From Candidatus Latescibacterota bacterium (GTDB lineage: Bacteria; Latescibacterota; UBA2968; UBA8231): DNA of 64,000 nt. The stretch lies in NCBI GenBank assembly GCA_965221775.1, contig CBDCSU010000006.1:672001-736000 (forward strand). Reading direction: 5' to 3'. Below are positions 9,766 to 19,250 of the stretch, piece by piece (the first letter of the stretch is position 1; each line of letters starts with the position of its first letter). A program made the translations under genes and the position numbers. The notes beneath the pieces are model-generated. The model saw only the letters and a program-made list of their open reading frames with translations, was not told where the DNA came from and did not search any database.

Positions 9766-10290
9766 ATGCGTTGCACACGATCGAACCCTCTGACCGCCTT
9801 CGCCGCCATCGCCGCGGTTTCCCTTCTTGCCGGCTGCGCTTCCGAGCCGGTGGAGGAGCCGCCCGCCGCCGAGACCCCCGCCGCCGCGCCGGCCGAGGCC
9901 GCGTACGACCCGCAGCGCTTCGACGACCGCCCCGCCGGCGTGGTCCGCGCCTACCTGCAGGCCCAGGACGCCCTCGCCCACGACCGCTTCGACGAGGCCG
10001 CCGCGGCCCTGACAGCCCTCGCCGGGCACGCCCCCGACGACCTGCGCCCCCTGGCCGAGTCGGCGGCGCAGACCGCGGACCTGGCCGGCGCGCGTCTCGC
10101 CTTCCGGGACCTGTCGGCGAAGCTGATCGAGTCGCCCCTGCCCGAGGGGCTGGGCGTGGCCTTCTGCCCCATGGCCTTCGACAACGAGGGCGGCCGCTGG
10201 ATCCAGTCGGAGGGTGAGATCATGAACCCCTACTACGGGGCCGCCATGCTGCGCTGCGGCGTCTTCGAGGGCGCCGACGAAAGCGGCTGA
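9766..10290 (+). CDS. DUF3347-like lipoprotein
   Basis: Lipobox LAGC; YL..QDALA, FCPMAFDNEGGRW, IMNPYYGAAMLRCG. Confidence 0.75.
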   Translation: MRCTRSNPLTAFAAIAAVSLLAGCASEPVEEPPAAETPAAAPAEAAYDPQRFDDRPAGVVRAYLQAQDALAHDRFDEAAAALTALAGHAPDDLRPLAESAAQTADLAGARLAFRDLSAKLIESPLPEGLGVAFCPMAFDNEGGRWIQSEGEIMNPYYGAAMLRCGVFEGADESG

Positions 10291-10295
10291 GCCGC

Positions 10296-11138
10296 GTGCG
10301 CATCGCCTACGGCACCTACGCCATGCCGGACATGCCCCTCGAGGAGGCGGCGCCGCTGCTGGCGGAGATCGGCTACGACGGGGTCGAGGTCTGCGCCGGC
10401 CCGCGCCACGCCGCCTCCATGCCCGAGGAGATGGACGCCGGCCGGCGGCGGAGACTGCGCGAGCTGCTCCGGCGGCTGGGCCTCGGCATCCCGGCGGTGT
10501 TCACCCTCGGCCACGTGCTCGCCGAGGACGAGGACGGCCACCGGCGCACGCGGGAGCACGTGCGGCGCTGCGCCGGGCTCGCCCGCGACCTGGGCGCCGC
10601 GGCGCCCGTGGTGGCCCTCGGCATCGGCGGCCGCAGCGACCAGTGGGAGGACGTGAAGGGCCGGATCGTCGATCAACTCGGCGACTACGGGCGGCTGGCG
10701 CGGGAAGAGGGCTTTCTCTTCGCCGGGGAGGCCCACTGCGGCGCCGCCGTCGACCGCTCGGAGCGCGCCCTGTGGGCGATCGAGAGCGTCGGCAGCCCGG
10801 CGGTGCGCCTGCACTTCGACATCGTCCACTTCTACCTGGCGGGCGAGGACGAGACCGGGGCCGTGGAGCGGCTGCTGCCGATCACCGGCCACACCCACGT
10901 CACGGACGCCCGCAGGCACGGCGACGGCCGCTTCGACCTGCTGCTCCTCGGAGAGGGGGACCTCGACGCGGCGGCCTACGTGAAGGCCATGGCCGCGGGC
11001 GGCTGGGAAAGCTACCTCACCCTGGAGGTGAGCGGCCGCATCTGGGGGCGGGACGACTACGACGCGGCAGCCGCCGCCCGAACCAGCTACGCCTCGATGA
11101 CCCGGGCCTTCGACGAGGCGGGCGTCGAGCGGGGATGA
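10296..11138 (+). CDS. Sugar phosphate isomerase/epimerase (xylose isomerase-like TIM barrel)
   Basis: GYDGVE, GEAH, LHFDIVH, HTHVTD, LTLE metal ligands. Confidence 0.85.
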   Translation: MRIAYGTYAMPDMPLEEAAPLLAEIGYDGVEVCAGPRHAASMPEEMDAGRRRRLRELLRRLGLGIPAVFTLGHVLAEDEDGHRRTREHVRRCAGLARDLGAAAPVVALGIGGRSDQWEDVKGRIVDQLGDYGRLAREEGFLFAGEAHCGAAVDRSERALWAIESVGSPAVRLHFDIVHFYLAGEDETGAVERLLPITGHTHVTDARRHGDGRFDLLLLGEGDLDAAAYVKAMAAGGWESYLTLEVSGRIWGRDDYDAAAAARTSYASMTRAFDEAGVERG

Positions 11139-12064
11139 GATTGTTCTCGGTCGGCGAGGAGGCGGTGGCCCTGCCCGCCGGGGCCTCCGCCCACAGCCGC
11201 CGCACCGACGTCCGCTGCCGGGGCCGCCACCTCTTCTCCCTTAGCCAGGGCCCCTTCCGCGCCTACCTCTATCCGGTGTACACCCCCTCCGGCGTGCCCG
11301 TCACCTCCGAGAGTCCCGTCGACCACCCCCACCACAACTCGGTGTGGATCGCCGCCGACCGCGTCGTGGCGGAGCTGCCCTTCGCCGGCGGCGACCACGA
11401 GCCGGGGACCTACAACTTCTACGTGAACGACACCTTCCAGGGGCGGGCCCCCGGTCGCATCGAGGCCGTCGGCCTGGAGCACGAAGAGCGCGCCGAGGGA
11501 TACCTGCGGCTGACCCGGCGGCTGCAGTGGCGCGGGCCCCGGGAGTGGGGCGCCCCCGAGGGGCGGACCGTGGCCACCGAGGAGCGCCTCATCGACGTGC
11601 GCCCCCTGGATGGGGCCAACGTCATCGACGTGCGCTCGCGCCTGTCGCCCACGGAGTGGGATCTGCGGATCGGCCCCACGCGCCACGCCTGGTTCGGCGT
11701 GCGCTTGGCCGAGGGCCTGCGGCCGAGCCACGGAGGGCAGGTGACGGACTCGGCGGGGCGGCGCGGACCCGCGGCCGTGAGCGGGAGCGTGTCCGACTGG
11801 GTGGATTGCTCCGGTCCCGCCGGCGGGGGACGAACCGCGGGCGTGGCTCTCATGCCCCACGGCGACACCGCCGGCCACCCCTGGTACGTCACCGAATGGG
11901 GCACCCTGACGGTGAATCCCTGCGCCGCCGCGGCCGTGACCGTGGAGCGCGGCTCCGAATTCGCATCCGGCCTGCGCCTGGTCGTCCACGATGGCGGGGC
12001 GGAGGCCGCCGACCTGCCGGGACACCACCGGCGCATCGAGGAGGAGGTGGAAGCAGATGGCTGA
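11135..12064 (+). CDS. PmoA-like/DUF6807 family protein
   Basis: YLYPVYTPSG..VT...P.DHPHHNSVW, FGVR, DWVDCSG; ATG overlaps upstream TGA. Confidence 0.7.
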   Translation: MRLFSVGEEAVALPAGASAHSRRTDVRCRGRHLFSLSQGPFRAYLYPVYTPSGVPVTSESPVDHPHHNSVWIAADRVVAELPFAGGDHEPGTYNFYVNDTFQGRAPGRIEAVGLEHEERAEGYLRLTRRLQWRGPREWGAPEGRTVATEERLIDVRPLDGANVIDVRSRLSPTEWDLRIGPTRHAWFGVRLAEGLRPSHGGQVTDSAGRRGPAAVSGSVSDWVDCSGPAGGGRTAGVALMPHGDTAGHPWYVTEWGTLTVNPCAAAAVTVERGSEFASGLRLVVHDGGAEAADLPGHHRRIEEEVEADG

Positions 12065-12839
12065 GCGGATCGCCCGCTTCGAGCACGACGGCCGCGAGGG
12101 CTACGGGGTCCTCGCCGGCGACGACACGCTGGACCTGCTCGAGGGTCCCGGCTACGACGGACTGCACCGCACCGGAGAGCAGGTCTCTCTCGCCGGCGTG
12201 CGCCTGCTGGCGCCGGTGGCGAACCCGCGCCTCATCGGGGTGGGCCTCAACTACGCCGAGCACGCCGCCGAGAGCGGTCTCCCCGAGCCGGAGCAGCCGA
12301 TGCTCTTCCACCTGCCGACGACGGCGGTCTGCAACCCCGGCGACGACATCGTCTACCCGAGGCAGGGCCGCGTCGTCCACTACGAGGGCGAGTTGGCCGT
12401 CGTCATCGGCGCCGCCGCCCGGCGCGTCTCCGCCGACCGGGCCCTCGACCACGTCTTCGGGTACACCATCGGCAATGACGTGAGCGAGCGCGTCATCCAG
12501 AAGGCGGAGATGGCCAACGGCTGCCTGCTCATCGGCAAGGGCTTCGACACCTTCAAGCCGCTGGGCCCCTGGATCGCCACCGGCCTCGACCCCTCGGACC
12601 TGCAGCTGACGACCCGCCTCAACGGGCAGGTGGTGCAGTCCACGTCGACGGCGGACCTCATCTTCACGGTGGCCGAGCTGATCGAGTATCTCAGCGCCGC
12701 CGTCACCCTGCTCCCCGGCGACGTGATCATGACCGGCACTCCCTCCGGCGTCGGCGAGGTGCAGCCGGGCGACGTGGTGGAGATCGAGATCGAAGGGATC
12801 GGCATGCTGCGGAACCCGGTGGCGGCGGAGCCGGGCTGA
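12057..12839 (+). CDS. Fumarylacetoacetate hydrolase family protein
   Basis: GVGLNYAEH, HYEGELAVVIG, GNDVSER, KGFDTF.PLGP, PGDVIMTGTPSGVG. Confidence 0.93.
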   Translation: MAERIARFEHDGREGYGVLAGDDTLDLLEGPGYDGLHRTGEQVSLAGVRLLAPVANPRLIGVGLNYAEHAAESGLPEPEQPMLFHLPTTAVCNPGDDIVYPRQGRVVHYEGELAVVIGAAARRVSADRALDHVFGYTIGNDVSERVIQKAEMANGCLLIGKGFDTFKPLGPWIATGLDPSDLQLTTRLNGQVVQSTSTADLIFTVAELIEYLSAAVTLLPGDVIMTGTPSGVGEVQPGDVVEIEIEGIGMLRNPVAAEPG

Positions 12840-12969
12840 TCCACCGGCATCACGGGAAAAACCAACACCGCAGATCGCAGAACGTTCTTACACTTGTCGT
12901 GTACGGTCACGACAGGTGGAAGCACTCAGGACGCGCCGGCAGCACCCGGCGTGGACAGGAGGACAGGTG

Positions 12970-15900
12970 ATGGACCCCACGAATCCGGCCGACACTCGTC
13001 GCACGCGTATCACGGGCACACTGTTCCTGGCGGCCTGGGTGGCCGCCGGTCCGGCGGCCGCCGGACCCCAACTCGAGGGCCGGGTGCGGCTGCCCTCCGG
13101 CGAACCCGCCGCCGGGGCGCAGGTGCGGCTCTTCGATCTCACCGATCTGCGAGCGGCTCCCCTGACGGCGGCCACGGATGCGTCCGGCCGTTTCCAGCTG
13201 TCTCTGCGGGCCTCGCCCACGAGACTGGCCGTGCCGGATCACTACGGCCTGGGGGCGAACTATCCCAATCCCTTCAACCCTTCCACGGTGATCCCGTACC
13301 AACTGCCGGCCGCGACCGAGGTGAGGCTGGAAGTCTTCAACATCCTGGGACAACAGGTGACGACGCTGGTCGACGGCGTGCGGCCCCCCGGCTATCACAC
13401 GGTCCGCTGGGACGCCACCGATGCCGCCGGGCGCGCGGTGGCCGCCGGGGTCTATCTCTACCGGCTGCAAGGCGGCGGTGTCAGCCTGACGGAACGCATG
13501 GTGCTGATCGACGGACAGGCGGGCCTTGCCGCCGCCTCGACAGAGCGGAGCGGCCTCGCGGGAGTGGACGGGTCTCCGGTGTACGGCCTCACCGTCTCGG
13601 GCCGCGGCCTGGTCCCCCATGTCGACCCCGCCTTCCCGGTGTCGCACGCCGCGGCTCCGGTCGAGCTGGTGGTGCAAGCCTCGAACCAGGCCCCGCGGGC
13701 CAGGGCCGCCACCACGGAGACCGGGAGACTGCTGGGCGACGTGGACAACAACCGCCGCGTCGATCTCGCCGACGCCCTGCTGGTGCTTGTGTACAGCAGC
13801 GACCCGTCGACGGTGATGCCCAACGACGGCGACGTCTCCCTGGGCGACGTCAACGCCGACGGCAGGGTCGACCTCGCCGACGCCTGGCTGATCGCCACGT
13901 ACAGCATCGACCCGACCGATCCGCGGCTGCCGGCCGGGATCGGCGCGCTGGTGGGCTCGGCGACGGCGAGCGGACTGTTGAAGATCTACTGGACGGATCG
14001 GGGCACCGACAAGATCCAGCGTTCCAACCTCGACGGGTCCGAGGTCGAGGACGTGGTCACCGGACTGACCGATCCCGCCGGACTGGTGGTCGACGAGGCC
14101 GCGGGCAAGATCTACTGGACCGACTGGGGCACCGACAAGATCCAGCGCGCCAACCTCGACGGCTCACGGGTCGAAGACGTGCTCACCGAGTTGGGCGATC
14201 CCTATGCGCTGGCCCTGGATGCGGCCGGGGGCAGGATCTACTGGACCGAGTGGGACCCGGACAAGATCCGGCGCGCCAACCTCGACGGGTCCGAGGTCGA
14301 GGATCTGGTCACCGGGCTGACCGATCCCGCCGGACTCGCACTCGACCTGGCCGGGGAGAGGATGTACTGGACGGACTGGGGCTCCGACAAGATCCAGCGT
14401 GCCAAGCTGAACGGCTCACAGGTCGAGGATCTGGTCACCGAACTGACCGATCCCGCCGGACTGGCCCTGGACGTGGCCGAGGGCAAGATCTACTGGACGG
14501 ACTGGGGCTCCGACAAGATCCAGCGCTCCAACCTGGACGGGTCACAGGTCGAAGACCTCGTCACCGAGGTGGCCTCTCCCTGGAGCCTGGCCCTGGACGT
14601 GGCCGGGAGGAAGGTGTACTGGTCCGATGACGGGACCGACAAGATCCAACGGGCCAACCTCGACGGATCGCAGGTCGAGGACCTTGTCGACCAGGGCCTC
14701 GACACTCCACGCGGAATCGCCCTGGGTGGAATCCGGGCCCGGATGTACTGGGCGGACTGGACCACCGACAAGATTCAACGCGGCCATCTCGACGGCTCCG
14801 GTGTGGAAGACCTGGTCGACACCGCCCTGGTCAGCCCCTACGGCATGGCGGTGGACAAGGCCGGCGGCAAGGTGTACTGGACCGACTTCGGCACCGACCG
14901 GATCCAGCGTTCCAACCTCGACGGCTCCGAGGTCGAAGCCCTGGTCACCGAGGGACTGACCACCCCCGCAGGCATCGCCCTGGATGTCGCCCGCAGCCAG
15001 ATGTACTGGACCGACCGGGGGAGCGACAAGATCCAACGGTCCCAGTTCGACGGCTCCGAGGTGGAAGACCTGATCACCTCCGGCTTGCGCTCCCCCGACG
15101 GGCTGGCCCTGGACGTGGCCGGCGGCAAGATGTACTGGACCGACTTCGGAACCGACAGGATCCGGCGCGCCAACCTCGACGGCTCCCAGGTCGAAGACCT
15201 CGTCACCACGGGACTGACCAGCCCCGCGGGGCTGGCCCTGGACGTGGGCGACGGCAAGATGTACTGGTCCGACTTCGGAACCGACAAGATCCAGCGCGCC
15301 AACCTCGACGGATCGCAGGTCGAAGACCTCGTCACCACGGGACTGCGCATGCCCCGGGGGCTGGCGGTGGACGCCGCGGAGAGCAAGGTCTACTGGGCGG
15401 ACCCGGTCGCCGACAAGATCCAACGCGCCAACCTCGACGGCTCCCAGGTCGAAGACCTCGTCACCGACCTGGAGGGACCCGTATGGGTTGCCCTCGACAG
15501 GCCCGCGGAACTGGCGGATCACGGCGACACCCGCTCGGTGGCGACCCTGGTGGCTCCGGGCAGTTCCATACAAGGCGAGTTGGTACCCGATGACGTCGAC
15601 TACTTCCGCGTCCAGGTCCGCCGGGTGGGGATCCTGGCCGCCTGGGCCACGGGCGATCAGGACACCCACGGCTCCATCGAGGACAGCACGGGCACCGTCG
15701 TCGCCAGCAACGACGACTCGGGAGCAGGGCCAAACTTCCATGTGGTGGCTGTCGTGGATCCCGGCACGTACTACATCCGGGTCCGGGGCTTCGCCAATGC
15801 CGAGACCGGCCCCTATACCCTGCATGTGGCAACGGACCCGCACGGCGACAGCCGGGAAGAGGCGACTCTCGTCTCCGTGGGAAGCTCGACCCTGGGCGCC

Positions 15901-16155
15901 TTGGAACCTGGTGACATCGACTTCTTCCAGATCGACCTCGACGCGGCCTACACCGTGGTCGCCTATTCGTCCGGCGACCTCGACACCTTCGGCTACATCG
16001 TGGACGGTGCGGGGACGATTCTCGCCAGGGACGACGATGCCGGAGAAGGGTCGAACTTCCGGGTAAGGGCCTCCCTTCAGGCCGGCACCTACTACATCCA
16101 GGTCGAAGGCCTGAACCAGGATGAAACCGGCCCCTACACACTGGAGGTGAGGTAG
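12970..16155 (+). CDS. Secreted multidomain protein: carboxypeptidase-regulatory-like + FlgD-Ig + dockerin-like + 12 LDL-receptor YWTD repeats + 2 PPC domains
   Basis: Signal peptide; NYPNPFNPST; GDVDNN..D / GDVNADG..D; 12 x YWTD..DKIQRANLDGS..EDLV; two D.D[YF]F..DT.G..DD.G.G.NF units. Confidence 0.85.
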   Translation: MDPTNPADTRRTRITGTLFLAAWVAAGPAAAGPQLEGRVRLPSGEPAAGAQVRLFDLTDLRAAPLTAATDASGRFQLSLRASPTRLAVPDHYGLGANYPNPFNPSTVIPYQLPAATEVRLEVFNILGQQVTTLVDGVRPPGYHTVRWDATDAAGRAVAAGVYLYRLQGGGVSLTERMVLIDGQAGLAAASTERSGLAGVDGSPVYGLTVSGRGLVPHVDPAFPVSHAAAPVELVVQASNQAPRARAATTETGRLLGDVDNNRRVDLADALLVLVYSSDPSTVMPNDGDVSLGDVNADGRVDLADAWLIATYSIDPTDPRLPAGIGALVGSATASGLLKIYWTDRGTDKIQRSNLDGSEVEDVVTGLTDPAGLVVDEAAGKIYWTDWGTDKIQRANLDGSRVEDVLTELGDPYALALDAAGGRIYWTEWDPDKIRRANLDGSEVEDLVTGLTDPAGLALDLAGERMYWTDWGSDKIQRAKLNGSQVEDLVTELTDPAGLALDVAEGKIYWTDWGSDKIQRSNLDGSQVEDLVTEVASPWSLALDVAGRKVYWSDDGTDKIQRANLDGSQVEDLVDQGLDTPRGIALGGIRARMYWADWTTDKIQRGHLDGSGVEDLVDTALVSPYGMAVDKAGGKVYWTDFGTDRIQRSNLDGSEVEALVTEGLTTPAGIALDVARSQMYWTDRGSDKIQRSQFDGSEVEDLITSGLRSPDGLALDVAGGKMYWTDFGTDRIRRANLDGSQVEDLVTTGLTSPAGLALDVGDGKMYWSDFGTDKIQRANLDGSQVEDLVTTGLRMPRGLAVDAAESKVYWADPVADKIQRANLDGSQVEDLVTDLEGPVWVALDRPAELADHGDTRSVATLVAPGSSIQGELVPDDVDYFRVQVRRVGILAAWATGDQDTHGSIEDSTGTVVASNDDSGAGPNFHVVAVVDPGTYYIRVRGFANAETGPYTLHVATDPHGDSREEATLVSVGSSTLGALEPGDIDFFQIDLDAAYTVVAYSSGDLDTFGYIVDGAGTILARDDDAGEGSNFRVRASLQAGTYYIQVEGLNQDETGPYTLEVR
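13981..15500 (+). repeat. 12 coding tandem repeats (~126-129 bp) of LDL-receptor class B (YWTD) type
   Basis: Recurrent TACTGGACCGAC / AAGATCCAGCGCGCCAACCTCGACGG units; 12 counted in translation. Confidence 0.9.
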
Positions 16156-16169
16156 GGGCGGCCTTCACT

Positions 16170-16943
16170 TCAGGAGCCGGCCGCCACCTCCGCCACCACC
16201 GGGGCGTGGTCGGAGGGCTTGGTCCACCTCCGGGGCTCGCGGTCGATGCGGCAGGAGGTGCACCGGCCGCGCAGGGCCTCCGAGAGCAGGATGTGGTCGA
16301 TGCGCAACCCGCGGTTGCGGCGGAAGGCGCCCATGCGGTAGTCCCACCAGGAGAAGGTCTCCTCTTCCTGGGGGAAGAGCCGGAAGGCGTCGGTCAGGCC
16401 GGCGGACAGCAGCCGCGTGAAGGCCTCGCGCTCGGCGTCGGAGAACAGCACCGAGTCGGCCCACAGGGCGGGATCGTGCACGTCCCGGTCCTCGGGGGCC
16501 ACGTTGAAGTCGCCCACCACCACCAGGCGCTCGTGCCGGGTCAGCTGGTCCTCCACATAATCCCGGCAGCGGCCCAGCCACTCCAGCTTGTAGGCGTACT
16601 TGTCGGAGCCCACGCTCTGGCCGTTGGGCACGTACAGGTTCAGGAGGCGAAGCCCCCCCACCGTGGCGCCGAGCACCCGCCGCTGCGGGTCCTCCATGCC
16701 CGGCAGGTCGGTGACCACGTCGGCCGCCGGCTCGCGGCTCAGAAGCGCGACGCCGTTGTAGGCCTTCTGGCCGCTGAAGGCGGCGCGGTACCCGGCCTCC
16801 TCCAACTCCGCCGCGGGAAAGACCTCGTCCACGACCTTGGTCTCCTGCAGCCCCATCAGGTCCGGCGCCTCGGCCTCCAGCCACTGCAGCAGCTGCGGCA
16901 GCCGCACCTTGATGGAGTTCACGTTCCAGGTGGCGATCTTCAT
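16170..16943 (-). CDS. xth: Exodeoxyribonuclease III
   Basis: [50 protein letters not shown]. Confidence 0.95.
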   Translation of the reverse strand: MKIATWNVNSIKVRLPQLLQWLEAEAPDLMGLQETKVVDEVFPAAELEEAGYRAAFSGQKAYNGVALLSREPAADVVTDLPGMEDPQRRVLGATVGGLRLLNLYVPNGQSVGSDKYAYKLEWLGRCRDYVEDQLTRHERLVVVGDFNVAPEDRDVHDPALWADSVLFSDAEREAFTRLLSAGLTDAFRLFPQEEETFSWWDYRMGAFRRNRGLRIDHILLSEALRGRCTSCRIDREPRRWTKPSDHAPVVAEVAAGS

Positions 16944-17890
16944 ACGGCCCCTTGGTGCGCCCGGGTGAGCAGCTCCTCCACCTCCGGGCGCCGCGGCATC
17001 GAGTCCTGCACGCCGGGGCGGGTCACGGCCAGGGCGCCGGCGGCGGCGGCAAAGGTCATGGCCTCGCGCAGGCTCCCGCCCTCGGCCAGGGCCACGGCGA
17101 GAGCGCCGTGGAAGGCGTCTCCCGCGGAGGTGGTGTCCACGGCTTCGACGGCAAAGGGCGGGACCCATCCCTCCTCATCCGCGGTCCGGTAGTACGCACC
17201 CAGCTCCGCCATCTTGATCACCGCCGCCGGCGCCCCCCGCTCCATCAGCAGGCCCGCGGCCCGGGAGGCGGACTCCGCGTCGTCGACGGCAACCCCCACC
17301 AAGTGCTCCGCCTCCGTCTGGTTCGGCGCGATGATGTCGAAGGCCGCGAAGGCCTCGGCGGGGATGTCGGCCGCCGGCGCCGGGTCGAGGATGACGCGGA
17401 CCCCCCGGTCCCTGGCGGCTCTCGCCGCCCTCACGGATACATCGAAGGGGATCTCCATCTGCAGCAGCAGCACGTCGGTCTCCGGGAGGGCGGCCTCCAC
17501 CGCCCGCAGCTGCTCGCCGCCGCAGCGCAGGTTGGCGCCGTACGTCGCCAGGACCCGGTTCTGGCCGCGGCCGTCGACGAGGATGACACCCACCCCGGAG
17601 GCCGCTTCCCCGTCGACGGCGACGTCCGCGGTGTCGACCCCGTGGGAGCGCAGGGACTCCAGGAGGGCCGGACCGAAGAGGTCGCCGCCGACGCGTCCCA
17701 CCATGCGGACACGCGCACCCAGGAGGGAGGCAGCCACCGCCTGGGTCGCCCCCTTGCCGCCGGGGGAGCTGTAGAAGCGCTCGCCGCGCAGGGTCTGCCC
17801 CGGGGCCGGCAGGGCTTCGGCGCGGGTGATCAGGCCCATGTTGATGCCGCCGAGGACCAGGACACGGGGAGAGGAAGGCGAGGCGGTCAC
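16940..17890 (-). CDS. rbsK: Ribokinase / PfkB family kinase
   Basis: [33 protein letters not shown]; start codon uncertain. Confidence 0.8.
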   Translation of the reverse strand: MTASPSSPRVLVLGGINMGLITRAEALPAPGQTLRGERFYSSPGGKGATQAVAASLLGARVRMVGRVGGDLFGPALLESLRSHGVDTADVAVDGEAASGVGVILVDGRGQNRVLATYGANLRCGGEQLRAVEAALPETDVLLLQMEIPFDVSVRAARAARDRGVRVILDPAPAADIPAEAFAAFDIIAPNQTEAEHLVGVAVDDAESASRAAGLLMERGAPAAVIKMAELGAYYRTADEEGWVPPFAVEAVDTTSAGDAFHGALAVALAEGGSLREAMTFAAAAGALAVTRPGVQDSMPRRPEVEELLTRAHQGAV

Positions 17891-17924
17891 GAGGAGGGCC
17901 CGGCAAGGGAGTGGCGGCGCGGGT

Positions 17925-19154
17925 TCACCGCTGCAGGGTGGGCTCCGGCGCCGTCGCGAGCAGGCCCCGGTCCCGGATGACGGTGAGGGCTTCCTCCACG
18001 ACGCCCAGGGCCTCGTCCACGTCGGCGGGGGCGTGGGAGTAGCTGACGTAGAACAGGCTGTAGGGGATGACGCCGCGGCGCAGACACTCCCCCTCGAAGG
18101 CGAGCCGGGCCTCCGGTGACGGCAGGTCGAGGTGCCCCGCCGGCGGCAGGCCGCGGAAGCAGACATCCACTCCCAGGCGGCCGGCGATCTTCTCCAGGCC
18201 CGAGTGCAGTTGCCGGCCCCGCTCCCAGAGGACGCCGATCACGTCCTGCTTGTGGTATACGTCGAGGACGGCGCGCGCCGCCGCCAGGCCGAGGGTGTCG
18301 CCGCCGAAGGTGGAGGAGACGACCACGTCGGCGACGCTCTCCATCAGATCCCGCCGGCCGAGGTAGCAGGAGAGGGGCACGCCGTTGGAGAGGCCCTTGG
18401 CGAAGACCGCCAGGTCGGGGGTGACGCCGAAGTGCTCCTGGGCGCCGGCGCGGCACAGGCGGAAGCCGGTGACGATCTCGTCGAAGATGAGCAGGGCGCC
18501 GTGGCGCTCGGTGAGGGTTCTCAGGGCCGGCAGGAACTCGTGGCCGGCCTCGATGTCGGCGTAGCCGCAGGCGACGCTGACGGCGGCGACGCGGTCCCCG
18601 CCGAGCTCGTCGAAGGCGGCCTCGAAGGCGGCGGCCCGCCCCCAGGGCAGGTCGCGGTAGAGGCCGGTCATGGCCTCCGGCACTCCCGCCCGGCGCATCG
18701 AGTTGATCCAGCCGTGGTAGCCGCAGGCGAGGATGAGGTCGCGGCCGGTGCAGGCCCGCGCCAGGCGGTGGGCGGCGGCCATCGCCTCGCCCCCCGTCTT
18801 GAGGAAGCGGACGCTCTCGGCGCAGGGGATCACCTCCACCAGGCGCTCGGCGACCTCGACCTCCAGGGGGTGGGCGTAGCTGAAGACGCTGCCGTCGCCG
18901 ATCTGGCGGCGCACGGCCTCGACCACCGCCGGGTGGGCGTACCCGAGGCTGATGGGACCGAGGCCGCAGCGGAAGTCGATGTACTCGTTGCCGTCCACGT
19001 CCCACAGGCGGCAGCCGGCGCCGCGGGCGATGAAGCAGGGCTCGACCCCGCGCAGCGCCTCCCGCGGCGCCTTGCTGTGGGTCTGCGTCCCCAGGGGGAT
19101 GACCTTGGCGGCCTGGTCGTAAAGATCCCAGGAGGCGTCGACGGAGCGGCTCAT
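17925..19154 (-). CDS. Class III PLP aminotransferase (glutamate-1-semialdehyde aminomutase-like)
   Basis: WDVDGNEYID, FLKTGGEA, LIFDEIVTGFR, PDLAVFAKGLSNG, SSTFGG. Confidence 0.88.
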   Translation of the reverse strand: MSRSVDASWDLYDQAAKVIPLGTQTHSKAPREALRGVEPCFIARGAGCRLWDVDGNEYIDFRCGLGPISLGYAHPAVVEAVRRQIGDGSVFSYAHPLEVEVAERLVEVIPCAESVRFLKTGGEAMAAAHRLARACTGRDLILACGYHGWINSMRRAGVPEAMTGLYRDLPWGRAAAFEAAFDELGGDRVAAVSVACGYADIEAGHEFLPALRTLTERHGALLIFDEIVTGFRLCRAGAQEHFGVTPDLAVFAKGLSNGVPLSCYLGRRDLMESVADVVVSSTFGGDTLGLAAARAVLDVYHKQDVIGVLWERGRQLHSGLEKIAGRLGVDVCFRGLPPAGHLDLPSPEARLAFEGECLRRGVIPYSLFYVSYSHAPADVDEALGVVEEALTVIRDRGLLATAPEPTLQR

Positions 19155-19250
19155 GGTCCGATAGAGTCGCCCACGGGCCGGCGCCGATCAAGCCGGGCCC
19201 GCTCTTCATCCTTGCTTTTTGAAAGCGTCGATTTAGATTTGCAAGGATAA

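Noticed and set aside
13981-15500. CRISPR array or diversity-generating retroelement in the repeat blocks (also 53860-56940)
   Set aside because: Repeats are in-frame protein repeats; no unique spacers, cas genes or reverse transcriptase, and no adenine-specific TR/VR pair noticed.
17925-19154. Assigning hemL
   Set aside because: Family is clear, but it lacks the GGVNSPVR N-terminal motif and any tetrapyrrole context.
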